Below are positions 58,301-64,000 of a DNA stretch of 64,000 nucleotides, one piece after another. The stretch comes from Candidatus Omnitrophota bacterium (GTDB lineage: Bacteria > Omnitrophota > Gorgyraeia > Zapsychrales > Fredricksoniimonadaceae): assembly GCA_021731625.1 (NCBI GenBank), contig JAKFXC010000058.1, forward strand, positions 815 through 64,814, read 5' to 3'. The position numbers and the translations under genes were made by a program. Each line of letters begins with the position of its first letter. Position 1 is the first letter of the stretch. The notes beneath the pieces are model-generated. The model was not told the origin of the DNA. It was given only the letters and a program-made list of their open reading frames with translations, and did not search any database.

Positions 58301-61197
58301 ATCCGTTGAATGAAAATTCAACAAGTCAGGTGTTAGGAATTAAAGTAGAGAAAAAACAGAGTCAAACAAACTTGACATTATCCCCGCCGAGTGGCAATGA
58401 GTTAGGCCAATTGATCACTTTGGAAGCCACAGTCACAGGATTTTTACCATCAGGAACAGTTAGTTTTACTGATCAAGACAATTTTATCACCAACTGTGCT
58501 GCGTTGATACTCAATGGCCAAGGAAAAGTTCAATGCCAGACCAGTACCCTTGGGGTGGGGAATCACGTGATACGGGCTCGATACAACGGGGATTCAAACA
58601 ATACCGAGAGTATAACCTCCGAGCCAATCAATCTGCAGATCAATGCTAAACCCCAAGTAGCAGCCCCAAGTTTTAGCGTGCCAGAGGGAGTATATAATAG
58701 TGAGCAACTTGTTTATTTAAGTACCACAACAATGGGTGCAGAAATCCGCTATACATTAGACGGCAGCTTGCCGACTTCTAGTTACAGTCTGTATCATGGC
58801 ACAGCAATTAATGTGGCCACACAGGCAACCATTAAAGCTGTAGCATTCAAAGATGGCATGGTTGATAGTCTCGTTGCGGTGGCGAATTATACAATCCAAA
58901 TACCTCCACCACCGATCGTAGACCCGCCAATTGTTTTGCCTCCAGTTAATAGATCAATGCCCATGGCGTTTTGGTTGCTGGATGGGAATGGTTATGATGC
59001 GGTGGGTGACAATCATCTAACTTTGGCTGGAACAACGTTTGTCACAGACACAGAGCGTCAACAAGTTTATAGCCTAAACGGCAGCACGGACAAAGCAATA
59101 TCGTATCTGACGGGCCCGTCAGAGAAACTCACCATTGCCACATGGTTTAAACAGACAGCTAGTAGTCCACAGCAGGTGATTTTACAAGGAGGGAACCAAT
59201 ACAACCATGATTTTTATTACCGCTTACAAGTAGTACTTAATCAAGCAAGAAAAGTGCATTATTTGAGTGGAGGGGTAGGCAGCGGTAATGGTCAAGGTTT
59301 TGCCTGGGATGAAAACATTATTTATAAAGAAGGGTGTCCAGTATCTTTGAATGTTTGGCATTTGGGTGTACTGACCCATGATAATGCAACGCATGAGACT
59401 ATTTTGTATCTTGATGGTAATCAATGCTTCAAGGAAAAAAGCAAAAAAGATTTAGCGCCAGCACCAGGATTGACGGTTGGCGCTTTTACAAATCCTGGAT
59501 TTAACTTTTCTGGATTGTTGGATGATGTGCGCATTTATAATAGAGTGCTAAGCCCTGAAGAAATCATCATGTTATATCATTCAACGACACGCCCAGTAAA
59601 CAAAATGAGTACAACGACAACGGTTGTTAGCCATTTCAATCCAGCTACTATTGGTAGCAGCATCACATTTCTGGCGACTGTTGGTAATAATACGAATAAT
59701 GTTCCAACCGGAACTGTGACCTTCTTGGACAACGGGCAGATTATAAATGCTTGTGCTCTTGTGCCTCAAGCTAATGGCATAGCCAGTTGTACAAGTACAA
59801 TCAGTGGATTAGAAGAAATGAACCATATCATTACTGCAAGTTACGGTGGAGATGGCAACAATAGCTCTTCCGTAAGCGCGCCTATGACACAAACAGTAAC
59901 CCCTAACGTTCAAGAGAATCTAACCGCCATTTTATACGGTAGCTCAGAGTGGACGCTTGCCAAGGACCGCGTGGGCCAACAACAAGCAACAGCCATACCA
60001 GATAATGTACGCGACATTCATATTCGATTAAATAATGTGCCAAAGGCGATACAAAAAATAACCATCAAATCCCTAGGTGATGTGGGGGTGTGGGAGTGGC
60101 CGTTCAATGGCCAAAATTGGTATATCGTACGCGAACCCAACAATGGCCCTGGACAAGTAGATCTGTATTTTGATTATTGGAAGGACGTAAACACGTATAC
60201 GATTGATTTGATTTATGATGATGGAAGCTCGAAATCCGTGACCACGGTTCCAGGAATACCAGATCAGGATATAATTCCACCTAACCTGCAAGTAGCAACA
60301 CCAACTTTTAATGTCTCCGAGGGGACATATGATAGTCCACAAAGTGTTTATTTAAATACAACAACAGCGGGGGCAGAAATCCGCTATACATTAGACGGTA
60401 GTTTGCCGACTTCTAGTTCTAATCTTTATAGTGGTGCTGTAATTCAAGTGACGACAAACACAACGATCAAAGCTTTTGCGTTTAAAAATGGTATGACCGA
60501 TAGCCCTATAGCAAGTGCAACGTATACAATCAACATGCCACCAATCAATACACCGCCAGCTGGACTTAAGCTTTGGCTTAAATTTGATGAGGGCACCGGT
60601 ACAACTGTTTCGGATACATCAGGATTGTTGGGTCAACCCGTACGTCATTTTTCCTTTAGTGGAAGCCCAAGATGGGAAGCGGGAAGAATAGGAGCTTATT
60701 CAGGATTCTTTAATGGAACAAATTATCTTAGTTCTAGTGGAGTGAACCTTGGGACCTTTGCTAATTCGTTTGATAATACACAAACAGCTTGGGTTTATCC
60801 CATAAAGCCAGGAAATTCATGCGCCATTTCTTATAACTGTGACGCCATTTTTGGAGATCAACCAGGAACAGGGTATTGGGCCCTTAGTTATGATAACAAG
60901 AATTTTGTGGTTTATAATTGGGATGGCGATGAAGATCAATGCCGGGGCAAGACAGCGTATAACCTCAACGCATGGTATCATGTGGCCAGGGTGCATACGG
61001 GTGGGAAAATTTATTTATATGTTAACGGCAAGGAAGAATGCTCTGTGGCAACAGGAAGTACGCAAAAGATAACGGGAGAGTTTCGTATAGGAAATGGCTA
61101 TTATGGCAGGGGCTTTAAGGGTCGGATCGACGACGCTCGGGTGTACGACCGCGGTTTAAATGCCGATGAGATTAGTAAAATTTTTAATAGTCACTAG
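55354..61197 (+). CDS. Large secreted metalloprotease (M6/M11-like) with dockerin-like, Ig-like, Fn3-associated and LamG domains
   Basis: HELGHSFGVMH and EYGD..DIMG; LGDVD...ADVTQDG; three Big-like units (TVTF.D...A.Y.GD); two GAEIRYTLDGSLP units; two DD.R.Y.R.L LamG ends; SD GGAG before ATG 55354. Confidence 0.88.
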   Translation: MFKFLLIVLFWVVNFSNVNTYAQSTTSPLAIEEQEVKKINNELINDRKVYKRNPRNKDHKKRMERKLHKRREKILRLMQENPDLLKRIAMSDQESADLPPDFQNLVERRVKEEGAMEVIVEDRNDGAVVHQFLRTRKGRKFKMFLPKNMKSKFLSGTKVRFEAYQLDDHMAYSGSPDQSVQVLSTPDSKVLGEQRLLVVMANFIDGGPQGWQPDVVNNIVFNEVNNFFKEVSYNKIWLTGETKGWITLPMTYEQGKCRLTSDGRVDENYNRTIRNKIINEIIRIIDPQVNFHDFSRILIIYPYEAYVCGYAGISSLGKADLETADGWVKASLAIVLTQAPSTSLIAHELGHSFGVMHANNLECDNVSIGTSPPCYNIEYGDTGDIMGRSGIFHFNAAHKDTLGWFSPSNLALFDTVGTNHYTIKPIEIPTNELQALKILRGQGSHFYIENRKPIGFDMTNRLNGAAIHMASDVVLGSHLLDMTPKSQGSLEDLNDAVLNVGKVFYDPVGQITMETLSDTFQDLQVQVKVDPDTNPPQVAIDTENTKRMDYDLNAVQVQVNFFENRGLKQIELFIDDQLYQTSTNFSPTSDQVSERFYWQTTQYNEGPHRLVAKATDLVGNQAVSAPMIFQLSKANTNHDPIVRVSGNTTASVGQWISLFAIPEDADVNDFPFVSYEISKEGIQPSTNLGDEIFYSLLGDVDASQLLDNRDEEFLAKHLSNPVQFPLTEKQKILADVTQDGFINQADLDLIHKLSTYEIIQDVHVFLAKLNRTGYYKVNFIVSDRKSFVSKLVDLEITNSSGVSTNTPPEFQPIGAQHVQVGSTLTFPLLATDRDNDALFYALETPVPNGALLNGNIFAWTPRPEQALAPTNVYSLVFKVTDQKSSPVSQQITITVNQIPNIPKKSTKTTLALLSNINVTAGDPIDIVAIVGEGQNPTGHVDFYESSVAIPSCVGLRLRAESIACHLHSLNTGDYFITAQYLGDPLNENSTSQVLGIKVEKKQSQTNLTLSPPSGNELGQLITLEATVTGFLPSGTVSFTDQDNFITNCAALILNGQGKVQCQTSTLGVGNHVIRARYNGDSNNTESITSEPINLQINAKPQVAAPSFSVPEGVYNSEQLVYLSTTTMGAEIRYTLDGSLPTSSYSLYHGTAINVATQATIKAVAFKDGMVDSLVAVANYTIQIPPPPIVDPPIVLPPVNRSMPMAFWLLDGNGYDAVGDNHLTLAGTTFVTDTERQQVYSLNGSTDKAISYLTGPSEKLTIATWFKQTASSPQQVILQGGNQYNHDFYYRLQVVLNQARKVHYLSGGVGSGNGQGFAWDENIIYKEGCPVSLNVWHLGVLTHDNATHETILYLDGNQCFKEKSKKDLAPAPGLTVGAFTNPGFNFSGLLDDVRIYNRVLSPEEIIMLYHSTTRPVNKMSTTTTVVSHFNPATIGSSITFLATVGNNTNNVPTGTVTFLDNGQIINACALVPQANGIASCTSTISGLEEMNHIITASYGGDGNNSSSVSAPMTQTVTPNVQENLTAILYGSSEWTLAKDRVGQQQATAIPDNVRDIHIRLNNVPKAIQKITIKSLGDVGVWEWPFNGQNWYIVREPNNGPGQVDLYFDYWKDVNTYTIDLIYDDGSSKSVTTVPGIPDQDIIPPNLQVATPTFNVSEGTYDSPQSVYLNTTTAGAEIRYTLDGSLPTSSSNLYSGAVIQVTTNTTIKAFAFKNGMTDSPIASATYTINMPPINTPPAGLKLWLKFDEGTGTTVSDTSGLLGQPVRHFSFSGSPRWEAGRIGAYSGFFNGTNYLSSSGVNLGTFANSFDNTQTAWVYPIKPGNSCAISYNCDAIFGDQPGTGYWALSYDNKNFVVYNWDGDEDQCRGKTAYNLNAWYHVARVHTGGKIYLYVNGKEECSVATGSTQKITGEFRIGNGYYGRGFKGRIDDARVYDRGLNADEISKIFNSH
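58738..60419 (+). repeat. Near-identical ~45-bp direct repeat in duplicated Fn3-associated domains
   Basis: GCAGAAATCCGCTATACATTAGACGGYAGYTTGCCGACTTCTAGTT at ~58738 and ~60374. Confidence 0.75.
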
Positions 61198-61201
61198 AAT
61201 A

Positions 61202-61351
61202 ATTACGGCTGACAGAATGAATATCGAAACCCGAATGGATTCTCGCTTGCGTGGCATTAACGGTAAGGGTATTAAATTTAAACTCGACCCAGCCATGGTT
61301 GAGCAATTGCAAAAGCCGACCGATATCCAGATGTTCCTTGGTATTTTATAG
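61202..61351 (+). pseudogene. Orphan remnant of the giant-protein C-terminal domain
   Basis: Translates TADRMNIE...IKFKLDPAMVEQLQ/PTDIQMFLGI, matching the tails of both giant proteins but lacking GGIDL and NAPGFVPVII. Confidence 0.75.
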
Positions 61352-61942
61352 TTTCCGCACCACGGACACAACCACGCCGATGATGGAGGCGGAGTCGTTT
61401 AAGGGAATTGGATTGTAACGAGGATTGGCAGGTTTTAAAAAGTACCCGTCATTTTCTTTCTGCAGATATTTAACAGTTGTTTCTTCTCCTATTAAAGCCA
61501 CTACGATTTGACCCACTTCCGCAAATGATTGTTGCCGCACGATCACCAAATCGCCGGGCAAAATGCCGGCATCGATCATGCTGTCGCCTTTGACCCGCAA
61601 ACCGAAGGTGGTATTGGAAAGCACCAATCGATCCAAATTCAGGTATTCGTCGATATTCTCCACCGCCAACACCGGCGACCCGGCTTGGACCGTGCCCACA
61701 ATGGGGATGGAAAAGAGATTTTCGCGAATGATTTCAATGGCCCGGGATTTTTTTTCGGAAATGCGGATGAACCCTTTTTTGACCAGGGCTTTTAAATGGT
61801 CTTGGGCCGAGCGGGGGGAAGCAAAGGCAAAACGCGCCGCAATCTCCCTGATGCTGGGGGGCAATTGATTGTGTTTAATTTCTTCGTAAATAAATTTGAA
61901 AATTTCCTGCTGTTTTGGGGTCAAACGGTCGAGTTTAGTCAT
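61346..61942 (-). CDS. lexA: SOS repressor LexA
   Basis: LTPKQQEI, PPSIREIA, VQAG cleavage site, VKGDSM (Ser), TVKY (Lys). Confidence 0.95.
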   Translation of the reverse strand: MTKLDRLTPKQQEIFKFIYEEIKHNQLPPSIREIAARFAFASPRSAQDHLKALVKKGFIRISEKKSRAIEIIRENLFSIPIVGTVQAGSPVLAVENIDEYLNLDRLVLSNTTFGLRVKGDSMIDAGILPGDLVIVRQQSFAEVGQIVVALIGEETTVKYLQKENDGYFLKPANPRYNPIPLNDSASIIGVVVSVVRKL

Positions 61943-61948
61943 GCGCCT

Positions 61949-62021
61949 ATACTACTATTCATGCGTATAGTATGTCAAGCAAAAATTCAACTTGTCATGC
62001 TATACAAATGTATGGTATAAA
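61949..62021. promoter_or_regulatory. Divergent promoters, each with a 16-bp palindromic operator candidate
   Basis: Minus: TTGACA-ta-CTATACgcatGAATAG-TAGTAT; plus: TTGTCA-tg-CTATACaaatGTATGG-TATAAA. Confidence 0.7.
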
Positions 62022-62038
62022 GCATGCGGGAGCAAAAT

Positions 62039-62515
62039 ATGGCATTAAATGGGTTCGTCGGCAATGATTTTCACCAGGTCAACACGGCGCTGTTTTATCA
62101 CGCAGCCGAGCATTTGCCGACCTTGATTGTGGACTGCGCCAATTTTGCCGACCCGTATAAATTTTATCCCGCCATCGACGTGTGGGCCCTGCAGAACATG
62201 TATGTGTTTGAGCTGGAGCTGCTGCATAAGTTCCGGGACGTGCTGCGCCATCTGCCGGTTTACGCGCGGCAGTTAAACGTCCAGAGTATTATTGTGACCA
62301 CGGCGGATCATCTGATCAATTATCACGATGAAGATGAGAATGCCGGTATTTATCGGCACGCCTGGCAGTTGATGAAAAAAATCAGCCGCACCTCTGAGGT
62401 GACTGCCGGGGTTTTGCGCGGCTCCAAGCAATACGCATTGGCGTGGAAATACTGCGATCAACTTTGGGAGATGGATCATGGGACACACCGTCCGGTCACA
62501 GCGCATGGCGATTGA
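62039..62515 (+). CDS. Degenerate RecA/RadA-like (ImuA-analogous) accessory protein
   Basis: LIVDCANFADPY...ELELLHKF pattern; first gene of a lexA-divergent PolB operon; SD GGGAG before ATG 62039. Confidence 0.55.
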   Translation: MALNGFVGNDFHQVNTALFYHAAEHLPTLIVDCANFADPYKFYPAIDVWALQNMYVFELELLHKFRDVLRHLPVYARQLNVQSIIVTTADHLINYHDEDENAGIYRHAWQLMKKISRTSEVTAGVLRGSKQYALAWKYCDQLWEMDHGTHRPVTAHGD

Positions 62516-62747
62516 CATTGTCTTAAGCGAACTGCAGGGATTTGCCGGGGCGTTGCGTCAAGAAGACCGCCGGTTATTGGAACGTTTGCTGCAAGAGCCG
62601 CTCAAACATGTTGGGGCGGTGTCGAATGCCGGCAGCATCAACATCTGGGCCATGATTTTGTTGTCGATTTTGATCGAACAAGAAAGGCGGTTAACGGCCT
62701 TGGAGAAAAAATATGATCGGCTGGCTGATCGACTGCTACCGCAGTGA
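62478..62747 (+). CDS. Small helical PolB2-associated protein
   Basis: MGHTV.S...F..ALRQEDR...ILLSILIEQERRL pattern of the small protein encoded next to PolB2 genes. Confidence 0.65.
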   Translation: MGHTVRSQRMAIDIVLSELQGFAGALRQEDRRLLERLLQEPLKHVGAVSNAGSINIWAMILLSILIEQERRLTALEKKYDRLADRLLPQ

Positions 62748-64000
62748 CAACCACATCGTGGTGTGGTTAAAGACGCTCGACGGAAAAGATGTGCGGTGCC
62801 AATATCCGTATCAGGTTTTTATTTATGCCCACCTGGATGCGATGCCTGATCTTAAGGCCTACGCCATTTCTTTCGAGGTCATTCAAAAGAAGACGTACGC
62901 GCATTGCCGGACCGTGCTCAAAATAGCCGTGCCCAGTCTGGACCGCTTCGAGGCATTTGTGAAGCACCTGGAACAGATCACCTCTTACCGCGTCACCCTC
63001 TATAACGCGGACATCAAGCCCGAGCAATCTTTTCTTTACGAGTATGATTTATGTCCTTTCACGAAAGTGCAGGCAGAGCGCGCACAGCCCCGCATCCAGC
63101 CGTTCATCGACGAAGAAAAGGCACCCCTGAAACAACTTGATCTGGAAGTTGTGCCGGGCGTACAAATCCGGCAGGAGTTTAATTTTCCGGTTCGCTCCAT
63201 TTTATTTAACGGTGAGGTTTTAAAAGGCCCGGAAGCAGCGGTCCTTAAAGAATTCGCCGCACTCTTTCACGCCTATGACCCCGACGTGGTTTCCATCCAT
63301 CGGGCCTACGCCGTCGTTCCTTATCTGGCGTCGCGACTAAAGAAACATAACATTGCTTTTAAATTTGACCGTTGGGACAGCCGATTGTTGAAATACCGAG
63401 GAGGGCGTTCCTATTGGAGTTATAACCAGGTGCGTTACCAGGATTATTCGGTGCGCCTGCGCGGGCGTTTATTGATCGATCGCAGCACAATGATCGGTTC
63501 CGAATGCGACCTGGAGGGAATCATCGAAATGGTCCGGCTTTCGGGGACATTGTTTCAGCAAACCGTGGCCCGCAGTTTCGGAGCTGTTTTTCAATCAGCG
63601 CTGGTGCGGTTGATGGTCAGCGAGGGGATGGTCATTCCTTATAAAGAAAAACCCATTGAGCCGCCGTTGTCGATGTTTCATTTGCTCAAAGCCGATCGCG
63701 GAGGACTCACCATCGACCCCAAAATCGGCTTTCATCAAAATGTCGCGGAGTTAGATTTTATCAGCATGTTTCCTTGGCTCATCTACAACCATAACATCTC
63801 CGCCGAGTGCATTTTGTCTAACGAGGGGCCGTTTGAGCAGGTGCCGGATTTGCCGATCAAGGCTTCCTTAAAAATCAAAGGCCTTATCCCTAGGGCTTTA
63901 AAACCTTTTATTGACCGCCGGATGTTCTATAAACAAAATCCGTCGGAGGAGCATAGCCGCCGGGCCCGGGGGCTTAAATGGATTTTAGTCAGCTGTTACG
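62713..64000 (+). CDS. Family B DNA polymerase, PolB2-like (3' truncated by window)
   Basis: Frame from MIGWLID (62713); DRGGL..DP.IG, ELDFISMFP (motif A), HNISAE, LKWILVSCY (motif B); runs off the window edge, so absent from the ORF track. Confidence 0.9.
   Translation, partial: MIGWLIDCYRSDNHIVVWLKTLDGKDVRCQYPYQVFIYAHLDAMPDLKAYAISFEVIQKKTYAHCRTVLKIAVPSLDRFEAFVKHLEQITSYRVTLYNADIKPEQSFLYEYDLCPFTKVQAERAQPRIQPFIDEEKAPLKQLDLEVVPGVQIRQEFNFPVRSILFNGEVLKGPEAAVLKEFAALFHAYDPDVVSIHRAYAVVPYLASRLKKHNIAFKFDRWDSRLLKYRGGRSYWSYNQVRYQDYSVRLRGRLLIDRSTMIGSECDLEGIIEMVRLSGTLFQQTVARSFGAVFQSALVRLMVSEGMVIPYKEKPIEPPLSMFHLLKADRGGLTIDPKIGFHQNVAELDFISMFPWLIYNHNISAECILSNEGPFEQVPDLPIKASLKIKGLIPRALKPFIDRRMFYKQNPSEEHSRRARGLKWILVSCY

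Overview
Bacterial chromosomal window. The gene content and the giant proteins with a shared N-terminal domain and a GGIDL...PAM...GFVPVII tail suggest Candidatus Omnitrophota (OP3); this is an inference. About 47 kb is mostly housekeeping: rpiB, glyA, nrdR, tRNA nucleotidyltransferase, miaA, hflX, bamD, lptE, holA, rpsT, murJ, uvrC, ychF, frameshifted prfB, secA, lnt, purN, an ftsH-like gene, eno and ftsB. Interspersed are a two-partner secretion locus with a sigma54/IHF-type promoter, a Phd-RelE toxin-antitoxin pair, tRNA-Phe, tRNA-Thr, and one giant modular protein (4968-8183). From 47.3 kb the DNA is visibly AT-richer and accessory. It holds an initiator tRNA-Met interrupted by an ORF-less 230-nt group I intron, followed by a free-standing I-Ssp6803I-like PD-(D/E)XK endonuclease. 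Next come a second giant modular protein (unknown domain + adenosine deaminase-like + two LOG-like domains, separated by (D/N/S)-x-A-M linkers), a structured leader/terminator, a ~1950-aa multidomain metalloprotease, and an orphan remnant of the giant-protein C-terminal domain. The window ends in a divergent lexA / PolB2-type cassette with two copies of a candidate LexA operator (CTATAC-N4-GWATRG). The best candidates for undescribed biology are the intron plus free-standing endonuclease pair, the cassette-like giant 'polyprotein' family, and the LexA box. All family assignments are from recognised motifs only; no database search was run.
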